Below are positions 47,867 to 56,666 of a stretch of 64,000 nt of DNA, piece after piece (the stretch's first letter is position 1; each line of letters opens with the position of its first letter). The position numbers and the translations under genes were made by a program. The DNA is from Halobacteriales archaeon (GTDB lineage: Archaea; Halobacteriota; Halobacteria; Halobacteriales; Hikarchaeaceae), in the NCBI GenBank assembly GCA_034521615.1, contig JAXHME010000026.1, positions 99,477-163,476 on the forward strand, given 5' to 3'. The notes below the pieces were generated by a model. The model made no database searches. It saw only the letters and a list, made by a program, of their open reading frames with translations, and had not been told where the DNA came from.

Positions 47867-49036
47867 ATGGACACGATCGTCCTCACGGGCGGCCTGGGAC
47901 GCTCCGGCCGGTGGATCGCCGATCGGCTCGCCGACTCGTACCAGGTCGTGATCGTCGACCTCGATCACCCGGGGTTCGACGTCCGGGGACGCGACGGAAT
48001 CGAGTTCCGCGCCGCTGACCTAACCGACGCCGGGGAGGCGATGGACTGCATCACGGCGGCCGATCCCGACGCCCTCGTCCACTGGGCGGCAATCCCGGCG
48101 GCCGGCCGCCACCCCAGCACCCGGATCTTTCGGACGAACACCGCGGCCGCCTACGACACCCTGTCCGCGGCGGGTCGTGTCGGCGCCCGGGTGGTGCAGG
48201 CCTCGAGCGACGGCGCCTACGGGTTCTTCTTCGCCGAGGAGCGCCGGCTCCCCGAGTACCTGCCCGTAGACGAATCCCACCCGCTCCGACCGGAGGACGC
48301 CGACGGGCTCTCGAAGGTCGTCGCCGAGGAGATTGGCCGCTCGGTCGCCCGTCGCGACGGGGTCGGCGTCGCGTCGATCCGGCCCGCGTGGATCCAGTAT
48401 CCCGGCGAGTACGCCTGCCGGGCGCCGGGCTACGTGGACGACTCGGAGGCGGGGGCCGGGAACTATTGGTCGTACGTCGACGTCCGAGACGTCGTCGACA
48501 TCGTGGCGGCCGCGCTCGGGGCCGACCTCGGCGGGCACGAGGCGTTCAACTGCGCCGCACCGGACAACGCCCTCGGAGAGCCCCTGGTCGACCTCCTCCG
48601 GGAGCAGTACGGCGCGGTCCCCGATCGATGCGCCGTCGAGGGCGACGCGTCTCCCTACGAGACGCGGAAGGCCGAGCGACGCCTGGACTGTGCGCCCAGC
48701 CGTTCCTGGCGGAACGCCGCCGACGAGTCGGTGCCGGAGCCGTCGCTCGTCGGCTGCAGATATCGACCGTCAGGCCGTCCTCGGCGAACCGCACGTCGCC
48801 GTCGTAGTGCTCGCCGAGCGAGTCGAGCATCGCCTCGTGCTCACCGTCGGTGTGTGGGTAGAGATGGGTCAGCAGCACCGTGCCGTAGTCGTGGCCCGCG
48901 AGCACCTCGCCGAGCTGGCTCGGCGTCGGGTGGTTCGAGACGTCGACGCCGTCCGGGAACGAGCAGTCGTGGACGAACGCCTCGACGCCGTCGGCGAACG
49001 CCGCGAGCGCCTCGAACGCCTCCGAGTCGCCGCTGA
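47867..49036 (+). CDS. NAD-dependent epimerase/dehydratase (extended SDR); formal ORF runs about 270 nt past the expected end
   Basis: ATG at 47867. It has VLTGGLGRSGRWIA (GxxGxxG). The family-typical C-terminus (…ETRKAERRLDCAPSRSWR…) ends near 48760 but no stop occurs until 49036. The YxxxK position reads DGLSK (GAC at 48302-48304). Confidence 0.7.
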   Translation: MDTIVLTGGLGRSGRWIADRLADSYQVVIVDLDHPGFDVRGRDGIEFRAADLTDAGEAMDCITAADPDALVHWAAIPAAGRHPSTRIFRTNTAAAYDTLSAAGRVGARVVQASSDGAYGFFFAEERRLPEYLPVDESHPLRPEDADGLSKVVAEEIGRSVARRDGVGVASIRPAWIQYPGEYACRAPGYVDDSEAGAGNYWSYVDVRDVVDIVAAALGADLGGHEAFNCAAPDNALGEPLVDLLREQYGAVPDRCAVEGDASPYETRKAERRLDCAPSRSWRNAADESVPEPSLVGCRYRPSGRPRRTARRRRSARRASRASPRAHRRCVGRDGSAAPCRSRGPRAPRRAGSASGGSRRRRRPGTSSRGRTPRRRRRTPRAPRTPPSRR

Positions 49037-49487
49037 ACGCGAACGCGTCGCCGAACCGGTAGGCGAGACACGGCATCGAGTGGCGGGTCTCGTGGGCCGT
49101 GACGTCGAAGCCCGCGAACGAGAACGCGCCGGCTTCGACCTCGGTGACCGGCGTCTCCACACGGTCCTGCATGTAGTCGTGGACCCCCAGGAGGCCGTCG
49201 ACCAGCGCCTCGGTGCCCGCGGGGCCGGCGATCGGCAGGCCGCCGGCGCCGGCGAGCCAGCGGGCCTTCAGCAGCACCATGAGATCCGAGACGTGGTCGA
49301 GGTGGTGGTGGGTGAGCAGCAGCGCGTCGACGCCCTCGTAGCCGGCCGACGTGGCCGCGAGGCGGGCGAGGGTCCCGCTGCCGCAGTCGACCAGCAGCGT
49401 CCGGCCCTCCGCCTCGACCAGCAGGCCCGTCTGGGCGCGCCGCCCGGTCGGCATCGCGCTCCCGGTCCCGAGGAAGGTCACGCGCAT
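48546..49487 (-). CDS. MBL-fold metallo-hydrolase; formal ORF runs about 215 nt past the expected end
   Basis: It reads MRVTFLGTGSAMP...LLTHHHLDHVSD...FSGDSE. The sense is lost after ...RFAEDGLTVDI near 48765, and the tail is Arg/Ser-rich until the stop at 48546. Confidence 0.7.
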   Translation of the reverse strand: MRVTFLGTGSAMPTGRRAQTGLLVEAEGRTLLVDCGSGTLARLAATSAGYEGVDALLLTHHHLDHVSDLMVLLKARWLAGAGGLPIAGPAGTEALVDGLLGVHDYMQDRVETPVTEVEAGAFSFAGFDVTAHETRHSMPCLAYRFGDAFAFSGDSEAFEALAAFADGVEAFVHDCSFPDGVDVSNHPTPSQLGEVLAGHDYGTVLLTHLYPHTDGEHEAMLDSLGEHYDGDVRFAEDGLTVDICSRRATAPAPTRRRRSARNGWAHSPGVARPSASRRETRRPRRRIDRGPRRTAPGGGRPGALRGRCPVRRS

Positions 49488-49592
49488 GGCTCGGCCGGCG
49501 TCGGTGAGCCGGTTAAGGCTGTCGCCGTCGGGCGTTCACTTCCACCCCGCTATCCCAACGCCTTATCCGCCACAGGCCCTACCGGCCCGCGA

Positions 49593-52292
49593 ATGGCCGC
49601 GACCGAGGTCCCCGTGGGCGTCGACCCCGACGACGCCGCCGTCCTCGAGCTGCTCGAGCCGCGGGTCCGCGACTGGTGGCTCGACCAGTTCGGCGACCTC
49701 GACGGGCCGCTGTTCACGCCGCCCCAGGCCGAGGCCATCCCGGAGATCCACGACGGGCGGAACACGCTGATCTGCGCGCCGACCGGCTCCGGGAAGACCC
49801 TGGCCTCGTTCACCGCGATCGTCAACGAGCTCTACCGCCGCGAGCGGGCCGAGGGGCTCGAGAACGCGGTCTACTGCCTCTACGTCTCGCCGCTGCGCTC
49901 GCTCGCCAACGACATCCACCGGAACCTCGAGGTGCCCCTCGACGCCATCACCGACGGCCAGGACGTCGAGATCCGTCACGCGATCCGCCACGGCGACACC
50001 GACGACTACGAGCGCCAGCGGATGCTCGAGGAGACGCCGCACATCCTCAACACCACGCCGGAGACGCTCGCGATCCTGCTCAACGCGCCGAAGTTCCGCG
50101 AGAAGCTCGCGACCGTCGAGTACGTCATCGTCGACGAGATCCACAGCCTCGCCGCCGACAAGCGCGGCACGCACCTGGCGGTGAGCCTCGAGCGCCTCGA
50201 GAACCTCGCCGAGTCGTCGCCGACGCGCATCGGCTGCTCGGCGACCGTCGAGCCCCTCGACACGATGGCCGAGTTCCTCGTCGGCCGGCGCGGCCCCGAG
50301 GGGCCCGCCCGGGCCTGCGAGATCGTCGACACCCGGTTCGTCCGGGACTACGACCTCGAGCTGGTCTGCCCCGTCGCGGACCTCGTCGGGACGCCCCGCT
50401 ACGAGATCACCGACCGGTTCTACGCCCGGCTCCACGAGTGGATCCAGGGCCACGACACGACGCTCGTGTTCACGAACACCCGGTCGGGCGCCGAGCGGGT
50501 GCTGTTCAACCTCCGGGAGCGCTACCCCGACCACTACCGCGAGTCGAACTCCGGCTGTCACCACGGCTCGCTCGCCGCGGAGGTCCGCCAGGACGTCGAG
50601 GAGCGCCTGAAGGCCGGCGAGGTCGACGTCGTCACCACCTCGACGAGCCTGGAGCTCGGCATCGACATGCCGACGCTCGACCTCGTCGTCCAGGTCGGCA
50701 GCCCGAAGTCCGTGGCGTCGCTGCTCCAGCGGGTCGGCCGCGCGGGCCACGCCCCGGGCGACACCGTGACGGGCCGGGTGGTCGCGCTCGACCGCGACGA
50801 GCTCGTCGAGTGCGCGGTGATGGTCCGGAAGGCCGCCGAGGGCTTCGTCGACCGGGTGTTCGTCCCCGAGCGCTGCCAGGACGTCGCGGCCCAGCAGGTC
50901 TACGGCATGGCCATCGCGAGCATCGAGCGCGAGGCCGACGTCCGGGCGACCCTGGAGCGGGCCTACCCGTACCGGGAGTACACCGACCGGGAGTGGGAGC
51001 AGCTCATGCGCTACCTCACCGCCGACTACCCGGGCCTGGAGGCCCGCAACGTCTACGCGAAGATCTGGCGGGACACCAACGACGCGCCCGGCGGCGAGCA
51101 CCACTACGAGGAGCACGACCCCGGCGCCCGGCTCATCGGCCGGCGGGGGCGGCTGGCGCGCGTCATCTACATGCAGAACGTCGGCACGATCCCGGACTCG
51201 TTCTCGTGTACGGTGCTCACCCGCGACGGCCGGGAGTGGGTCGGCAGCCTCGACGAGTCCTACCTCGACACGCTCGAGCCGGGGGACGTGCTGCTGCTCG
51301 GCGGCGACGGCTTCGAGTACCGCTACCGCCGGGGCTCGAACGTCTACGTCGACCGGACCGACCAGCGGCCGACGGTGCCGTCGTGGTTCTCCGAGCGGCT
51401 CCCGCTCTCCTACGACCTCGGCCGGGCCGTCCTCGAGTTCCAGGGCGAGCTGCTCGAGCGCGCCGAGGCCGGCGGGGCGCCCGCGGTCCGCGAGTGGCTC
51501 CGGGGCTTCCCGATCGACGAGGACGCCGTCTACGCGCTGACGGAGCTCTACGACGCGCAGGTGCGCTACGCCGGGGCCGAGAGCGTCTCGACGCCCGGCC
51601 GGCTCGTCATCGAGGGCGAGCGCGACCAGGAGCGGTACAAGCGCCGGTACTACGTCCACTCGAACTACGGCCGCCAGCTCAACGACGGCCTCTCGCGGGT
51701 CGTCGCCCACCAGGTGGCCAAGCGTACCGACGCCAACGTCGGCGTCGCCGTCGCCGACCACGGCTTCACGCTCTCGATGCCGCTGAACCGCAAGGTCGAC
51801 CCCGCGGCGATCATCCGCGACCTCGACCCCGACGGCGTCCGGTCGGCGCTCCGGGAGGCGCTGACGGACACCGACCTGCTCCAGCGCTACTTCCGGATCA
51901 ACGCGACCCGCTCGCTGATGATCCTCAAGCAGTACAAGGGCCGCGAGAAGTCCGCGGCGAAGCAGCAGGTCACCGGCGAGATGCTGCTGGGCTTCGCGGC
52001 GGCCCTCGAGGAGTTCGCCGTGCTCGAGGAGACCTACCGGGAGATCCTCGAGGACAAGCTCAACGTCGCCGGGCTCGAGCAGGTGCTCGGCGCCATCGAG
52101 TCGGGCGACCTCGAGGTCGTCAGCATCGACGTCCCCTCGCCCTCGCCGCGGGCGTTCGGGCTGGCGACGCTCTCGGACTCCGACGTCGTGCTCGCCGACG
52201 ACGAGAGCGCGGTCCTCCAGCGGTTCCACGAGCGCGTGGTCCGGGAGATCGAGGGCGAGGGGCGGACGGTCCCCGCCGGCGGCGGGGGCTGA
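49593..52292 (+). CDS. lhr: Lhr-like DEAD/DEAH-box ATP-dependent helicase
   Basis: Start at MAATEVPVGV (ATG 49593), 899 aa. It has APTGSGKTLASF, VIVDEIHSL and CSATV, plus a C-terminal Lhr/DEAH-associated region. The 420 codons upstream in the track ORF are junk. Confidence 0.85.
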   Translation: MAATEVPVGVDPDDAAVLELLEPRVRDWWLDQFGDLDGPLFTPPQAEAIPEIHDGRNTLICAPTGSGKTLASFTAIVNELYRRERAEGLENAVYCLYVSPLRSLANDIHRNLEVPLDAITDGQDVEIRHAIRHGDTDDYERQRMLEETPHILNTTPETLAILLNAPKFREKLATVEYVIVDEIHSLAADKRGTHLAVSLERLENLAESSPTRIGCSATVEPLDTMAEFLVGRRGPEGPARACEIVDTRFVRDYDLELVCPVADLVGTPRYEITDRFYARLHEWIQGHDTTLVFTNTRSGAERVLFNLRERYPDHYRESNSGCHHGSLAAEVRQDVEERLKAGEVDVVTTSTSLELGIDMPTLDLVVQVGSPKSVASLLQRVGRAGHAPGDTVTGRVVALDRDELVECAVMVRKAAEGFVDRVFVPERCQDVAAQQVYGMAIASIEREADVRATLERAYPYREYTDREWEQLMRYLTADYPGLEARNVYAKIWRDTNDAPGGEHHYEEHDPGARLIGRRGRLARVIYMQNVGTIPDSFSCTVLTRDGREWVGSLDESYLDTLEPGDVLLLGGDGFEYRYRRGSNVYVDRTDQRPTVPSWFSERLPLSYDLGRAVLEFQGELLERAEAGGAPAVREWLRGFPIDEDAVYALTELYDAQVRYAGAESVSTPGRLVIEGERDQERYKRRYYVHSNYGRQLNDGLSRVVAHQVAKRTDANVGVAVADHGFTLSMPLNRKVDPAAIIRDLDPDGVRSALREALTDTDLLQRYFRINATRSLMILKQYKGREKSAAKQQVTGEMLLGFAAALEEFAVLEETYREILEDKLNVAGLEQVLGAIESGDLEVVSIDVPSPSPRAFGLATLSDSDVVLADDESAVLQRFHERVVREIEGEGRTVPAGGGG

Positions 52293-52295
52293 GGG

Positions 52296-52787
52296 ATGCC
52301 CGCGCTGACCGACCCGTGGTTCCTCGGCGCGGTCGCCCTGCTCGTTCTGGGCGTGGTCGGGAGCGTCGTGCCCGCGCTGCCGGGGATGGCGCTGTCGGTG
52401 GTCGCCGTCGTGGGCTACTGGTGGCACACCGGCTACGCGTCGCCGACGAGCGCCTTCGTGGCCGCGGTGGTCGTGATCGGGGCGGCGGCGCTGCTCCTCG
52501 ACGCGTTCGCCGGCGCCGTCGCCGCGCGGGCCGGCGGCGCCTCGCGGCTGGCCACCGTGGCCGCCGCCGCAGGCGGGCTCGTGTTCTTCCTGTTCCTCGG
52601 CCCGCTCGGCATCGTCGTGGGCGTCGCGCTCGCGGTGTTCGGCGTCGAGCTCTACCGCGGCCGGACCGCCCGGGAGGGCGCCCGGGCCGCGGCGTTCGCG
52701 ACCGCGGGGATGCTGGCCTCGGCGGCGGTCCAGCTGCTGCTCACGCTGTCGGTGCTCGCGGGCTTCCTCATCGCCGTCCTGCGCTGA
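52296..52787 (+). CDS. DUF456-family membrane protein
   Basis: 163 aa, four TM. It has VVPALPGMALSVVAVVGYWW. Confidence 0.6.
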   Translation: MPALTDPWFLGAVALLVLGVVGSVVPALPGMALSVVAVVGYWWHTGYASPTSAFVAAVVVIGAAALLLDAFAGAVAARAGGASRLATVAAAAGGLVFFLFLGPLGIVVGVALAVFGVELYRGRTAREGARAAAFATAGMLASAAVQLLLTLSVLAGFLIAVLR

Positions 52788-52843
52788 GCCGCGGGGTGCC
52801 CGCGACCGACACGTTCATCCGACGACAGGGGCAAGCGGGGCGC

Positions 52844-53393
52844 ATGCACGTCCGGGACTGGCAGGACCTCGTCGGCGACGTCGTCGACCGGGACGTCGAC
52901 CCGGGCGACTGGCGGGCCGTCGCCGGGCCCCGACGGGAGGGGCATCGGCGAGGACCTCTACCTCGGCCACCCGTCGGTCGGCCTCTACCAGCTCAAGACG
53001 TACGCGAAGAACCCGTTCGAGGTGCGCGGGCTCGGCGGCCAGATCGCCCGGAGCTTCGACGACGAGATCGAGTCGATCCTCCCGGTCGAGGAGGACGGCC
53101 GGTTCGCCGTCCAGCAGGCGCCCGCCGACGAGGACGACGCCGAGCAGAAGGCGCGCCGGCTCGAGGAGACCGTCAAGGCCCACGCCGAGGCGCCGGGCCG
53201 GCCGGACGACCTCTTCACCGACATGATGGACGCCCTGGAGTCGCCCGCGTACGGCCCCATCGACTTCGACAACTACGACCGGCCCGAGCGGCTCGACGAG
53301 TTCGCCTCGACGTTCGATGACGCCGAGGAGCTCCTGAACTCGGAGTTCGAGGACCTCGTCGAGGACGACGGGGTCAACCGCGGCTTCGGGTGA
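52844..53393 (+). pseudogene. Acidic hypothetical protein, frame broken within 52925-52942
   Basis: MHVRDWQDLVGDVVDRDVDPGDWRAVAG is followed in the +1 frame by GIGEDLYLGHPSVGLYQLKTYAKNPFEVRGLGGQIARSFDDE... (ORF 53022-53393). Confidence 0.5.
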
Positions 53394-53602
53394 TGGTCGG
53401 GCCGCGCAGCGCGGCCGAGCGCGGGCTGGACCGCCGCCGGGTCGCCGCGGCGCTGGTCGCGGTCGTCACGCTCTCGGCCGTGCTGTCGGGGTTCTACGGC
53501 GGCGCCACGCTCGCCGAGCTGGGCCTGCTGGCCGGCGTCGGCGCGGCGACGGGCGTCGGGCTCGTCGTGGCGATCGGCGCCTGGCCCACGACCGACGAGT
53601 AG
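53390..53602 (+). CDS. Small two-TM membrane protein
   Basis: 70 aa, with an ATGA overlap with the upstream gene. It has two hydrophobic segments. Confidence 0.4.
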   Translation: MMVGPRSAAERGLDRRRVAAALVAVVTLSAVLSGFYGGATLAELGLLAGVGAATGVGLVVAIGAWPTTDE

Positions 53603-53605
53603 CGC

Positions 53606-54556
53606 CTACCTGACGACCCGGTCGAGCCACCGCTCGGGCGCCTCGATCTCCCCGGGCGTCGGCAGGTGGACCGGGTCGGCCCAGACCAGCGCCGGCCGCT
53701 CCTCGCCGCCCTCGGCCGCGACGGCCTCGAAGAACGCCTTGCCCCGCTCGTACTGGCGGCGCTTGCCCTCGAGGCCGAGCAGCCGGGCGAGCAGCGACGC
53801 GACGGGGCCGCGGTTCCGGCGGCGGTCATCGACCTTCCGGCGGACGTCGGCGTAGGCGCCGTCGAACGCGCGGTCCATCGCGAACTCCGCGTAGCCCTCG
53901 ACGGCCGTCATGACGGCGTCCAGCTCGCGGATCTGCGACCGGTCGAACCGGCCGTCGGCCAGCGTCTCGACGGCCTCGGCGGCGCGGCCCTCGAGCTCGC
54001 CGGCGAGCCAGGGTGCGGCCCCGAACTCCGCGGCGTGGGTCACCTCGTGGAAGGCGATCCACCGGCGGAAGCGCGGGGCGTGGACGCCGAGCTCGTCGGC
54101 CGTGCGGAGGACGTTCGGCCGGACGAAGTAGAGCCCGGGCGCCTCGTCCTCGGCGAGCAGCAGCGGGTCGTACTGGCCGAGCACGTGGCGGGCGGTGAAC
54201 GCGAGGAGGCCGGCCATGGTCGCCGTGTTGGCCCGGCGGGCCACGCCCGGGAGCGCGGTCTCACGGCCCTCCAGCGGGGCCAGCAGCTCGCTGAAGGTGG
54301 CGACGTTGGCGTCGATCCAGTGGTGCCGGGACTGGACCTCGATGGCGCCCGGGAGGTCGAACTCGAGGCCGGTGGCGGCCCGGATGCCGTCGCGGGCGTC
54401 CCGGACGTCCCGGGCGTAGCCGGTGCGCTCCTCGGCGTCGACGCCGAGCGAGCCGGCATCGGTCGAGGCCTTGGCGGCGCGAGCCGCGGCGGCCCAGTCG
54501 ATGGCGCCGTCGCCGGAGGCCGTCGCGACCGAGCGGAGGCTCTCGAGGAGGGTCAC
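53606..54556 (-). CDS. Zinc-dependent metalloprotease (HExxH; hydrolase family annotated as F420-biosynthesis-associated in actinobacteria)
   Basis: 316 aa. It has WIAFHEVTHAAEF (HEVTH) and VEGYAEFAMD. Confidence 0.65.
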   Translation of the reverse strand: MTLLESLRSVATASGDGAIDWAAAARAAKASTDAGSLGVDAEERTGYARDVRDARDGIRAATGLEFDLPGAIEVQSRHHWIDANVATFSELLAPLEGRETALPGVARRANTATMAGLLAFTARHVLGQYDPLLLAEDEAPGLYFVRPNVLRTADELGVHAPRFRRWIAFHEVTHAAEFGAAPWLAGELEGRAAEAVETLADGRFDRSQIRELDAVMTAVEGYAEFAMDRAFDGAYADVRRKVDDRRRNRGPVASLLARLLGLEGKRRQYERGKAFFEAVAAEGGEERPALVWADPVHLPTPGEIEAPERWLDRVVR

Positions 54557-54599
54557 GTCGAACCCCGGCGCAGCGGCGCGCGGCGGGCGGACACCGCGG

Positions 54600-54851
54600 C
54601 TACGCCTCGACCTCGTCGAGCGTCGACTGCTCGGCCTCGCCGCCCCGGAGGTAGCGCGCGAGCATCGCGAGCCCGACGACCGCCAGGAGCGCGGCGACGG
54701 GGCCGGCCTTGCCCGCGGCCTCGGTGCGGTCGGCCTCGGCGGCCGGGTCGTCGGTCGACGACTCCTCGGCGGCGCCGCGGGACCGGCCGGCGGCGAACGG
54801 GGCGTTGAACTCGGCGTCGTGGAGGTGGAGCTCGAGGAAGGTGACGTCCAT
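54600..54851 (-). CDS. Small single-TM hypothetical protein
   Basis: 83 aa, with one hydrophobic segment (GPVAALLAVVGLAMLA). Confidence 0.4.
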   Translation of the reverse strand: MDVTFLELHLHDAEFNAPFAAGRSRGAAEESSTDDPAAEADRTEAAGKAGPVAALLAVVGLAMLARYLRGGEAEQSTLDEVEA

Positions 54852-54910
54852 ACTCGATGTAGGCGGCGACCGGCTTTAGGGGTTCTGGCCTCCCGGGCGG
54901 GTTCGGCAGC

Positions 54911-54917
54911 CTTAAGG
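54911..54917 (+). promoter_or_regulatory. TATA-like box (CTTAAGG) for the lsm-rpl37e operon
   Basis: Centred about 27 nt upstream of ATG 54940, which suggests a leaderless mRNA. Confidence 0.4.
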
Positions 54918-54939
54918 ACGGACCGCCGTGCCCTCAGCC

Positions 54940-55155
54940 ATGGCTGGCCGACCCCTCGACACCCTGGAGGCGGCGCTCGACGAGCCGGTGGTCGTGGAGC
55001 TGAAGGATGGCGCCGTCTACCGGGGCGTCCTCGCGGGCTACGACCAGCACCTCAACGTGGTGTTGGAACCGGCCCCGGGCCCAGCAGAGGGCGCCGACGC
55101 CGTCGACAACACAATCGTTATACGCGGCGATAACGTCGTCACGATTCAACCATGA
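54940..55155 (+). CDS. lsm: Sm-like archaeal protein (Lsm/SmAP)
   Basis: The sequence reads [38 protein letters not shown]...IVIRGDNVV, which contains the Sm1 and Sm2 motifs. Confidence 0.85.
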   Translation: MAGRPLDTLEAALDEPVVVELKDGAVYRGVLAGYDQHLNVVLEPAPGPAEGADAVDNTIVIRGDNVVTIQP

Positions 55156-55325
55156 GCGACGGGACGGCGGCCCAAGGGAAGAAGAACAAGACGACCCACG
55201 TGAAGTGTCGTCGGTGCGGCGAGGCGTCCTATCACTCCCGGAAGGGCGTCTGCTCGAGCTGCGGGTTCGGCTCGTCCGCCGCGCGCCGCAGCTACGCCTG
55301 GCAGTCGAAGAGCGGCGACCACTGA
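55152..55325 (+). CDS. rpl37e: 50S ribosomal protein L37e
   Basis: 57 aa. It reads [32 protein letters not shown], a zinc ribbon. The start overlaps the lsm stop (ATGA). It is not in the ORF track because it is shorter than 60 aa. Confidence 0.9.
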   Translation: MSDGTAAQGKKNKTTHVKCRRCGEASYHSRKGVCSSCGFGSSAARRSYAWQSKSGDH

Positions 55326-55343
55326 GCGCGGGTTCACCGGGCG

Positions 55344-55904
55344 TCAGTAGACCACGTTGAGCAGCAGGTAGACCACGATCCCGAGGCCGAAGGAGACGAG
55401 CCAGAGCGACGCCGCCACGCGGCCCACCCGCCGGTGGCGGGTCCGCGGAATCGCCGAGACCGGGCGGGTGAGCGCGAGCAGCAGCACGTAGTAGAGCAGC
55501 GGGATGCAGACCACCGCGAGCGTGATGTGGACCGCCAGGACGGGCAGGTAGACGAAGCGGTAGACCGCCTCGGGGCCGCCGAACGGGGTGGTGCCGAGGA
55601 CGGAGAGCCGGTAGAGGTAGAGCGTGAGGAAGGCCGCGAACAGGCCCGAGGCCGTCAGCATCGCGGCGCGGTGCTCGCGGAACCGGCCCTGTCTCGCCCG
55701 GCGCCAGCCCGTGAGGATCGTCCCGATCGCGACGACGCTGATCAGGGCGTTGACCGTCGGGATCGCCGCCAGGAGGGCGGTCGGCGCCCGGGGCAGCGCC
55801 CCGCCCGGGAGGTAGCCGAGGACGGCGCCGAAGACGAGCGCGAGCGAGACGATCGTGAGGCCGGCCGCGACGGCGGGCACGTGGTCGCGGACGGCAGTTC
55901 GCAC
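55344..55904 (-). CDS. DUF420-family membrane protein
   Basis: Probable GTG start at 55904; the longer ORF would overlap the tRNA. It has four TM segments with conserved His/Arg (…GWRRARQGRFREHRAAM…). Confidence 0.55.
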   Translation of the reverse strand: MRTAVRDHVPAVAAGLTIVSLALVFGAVLGYLPGGALPRAPTALLAAIPTVNALISVVAIGTILTGWRRARQGRFREHRAAMLTASGLFAAFLTLYLYRLSVLGTTPFGGPEAVYRFVYLPVLAVHITLAVVCIPLLYYVLLLALTRPVSAIPRTRHRRVGRVAASLWLVSFGLGIVVYLLLNVVY

Positions 55905-56000
55905 GCCTGCTTCCAGGCCGCCGTCGGGGAAAGGCGTTCCCGTCCGAGGCGGGCGAAACGGAAGCCCTTTTATCGGGCCGAAGGGTAGCCGATGGTGCGC

Positions 56001-56085
56001 GCGTGGGTAGCCAAGCCAGGCCAACGGCGCAGCGTTGAGGGCGCTGTCTCGCAGGAGTCCGCCGGTTCAAATCCGGTCCCACGCA
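56001..56085 (+). tRNA. tRNA-Leu (anticodon GAG)
   Basis: The acceptor is GCGTGGG/CCCACGC, the anticodon stem-loop is CAGCG-TTGAGGG-CGCTG, there is a long variable arm, and the T arm is GCCGG-TTCAAAT-CCGGT. Confidence 0.9.
56070..56083. repeat. attL-like copy (inside the tRNA-Leu 3' end) of a 14-nt perfect direct repeat
   Basis: AATCCGGTCCCACG recurs at 57350-57363. Extended over 21 nt, 18 positions match. Confidence 0.8.
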
Positions 56086-56213
56086 TAATCTGTTAAGAGA
56101 CGTATCAGACCCTCTAAGCCACGTTTTCGGAGATTACGAGTGTGGACACTCTCGTATGAAACCACCATTTGCCCGTAAATCGTAGTATGAAGCGGACGAG
56201 TAGCCACGAGGGA

Positions 56214-56666
56214 TCAAGGCGGATTCGAGACGCTGTTTAGCCGGTTCGGGTCGTCATGGTCGTACGCCGCACGCCACATGACGTGGACCGCACGGGTCAC
56301 GAGCGACACCTCTTCGACTTCGATGCAGGATGGTTCGGCGGCGTCAGTCGATGCATCCGGAGGTGGGTGAAAATGCACCTCCGGAGAGTGGGTGTTCGGA
56401 TGCCGATCGAACCGCCAGTTCACGTCATCCGAATCGGTGTAGTGAAACGAGTACATGTCCAGTTCGCTCCATTGGATGTCGAATCGTGCATTGGACGCGG
56501 TCCCAATCCCATCGGCAAGCTCGACGTGAAGCTCAGTCGGCGAGACGATATCATTGTAGTACGTTTTTTCGACCAACGGCTCAACATCCAGCCAGAGGTT
56601 GCGGACACGATGCAGTGCCGGGAGGTATATCGGTCCGAATTCACCAGCCCGGTCCCGTTCGCTCAT
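56214..56666 (-). CDS. His-rich small protein, putative toxin component (DUF6516/TumE-like, tentative)
   Basis: 150 aa. WRFDRHPNTHSPEVHFHPPPD resembles, from memory, the DUF6516 His motif. Its start overlaps the upstream HTH gene's stop by 4 nt. Confidence 0.45.
   Translation of the reverse strand: MSERDRAGEFGPIYLPALHRVRNLWLDVEPLVEKTYYNDIVSPTELHVELADGIGTASNARFDIQWSELDMYSFHYTDSDDVNWRFDRHPNTHSPEVHFHPPPDASTDAAEPSCIEVEEVSLVTRAVHVMWRAAYDHDDPNRLNSVSNPP

Noticed and set aside
48754-48764. CTGCAGATATC (PstI plus EcoRV sites) at the stop-less gene junction, considered as possible cloning-vector polylinker or an engineered deletion scar.
   Set aside because: Only 11 nt resemble common polylinkers and no further vector-like sequence flanks it. 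That is too short to claim. It is retained only as a detail of the junction anomaly.
48333-49592. A 420-codon N-terminal extension of the Lhr helicase ORF.
   Set aside because: The extension is low-complexity Arg/Ala/Gly and is antisense to the MBL hydrolase. Helicase-like sequence begins only at MAATEVPVGV (49593).
54940-55325. The lsm-rpl37e start/stop overlap, considered as something unusual.
   Set aside because: The Lsm-L37e operon with coupled translation is a well-known conserved archaeal arrangement.
56138-56151. The palindrome GAGTGTggACACTC (with alternative TACGAG/CTCGTA arms) just inside the island.
   Set aside because: It is short and lies downstream of the cassette's stop. It could be a terminator or a protein site, but nothing else supports a specific role.
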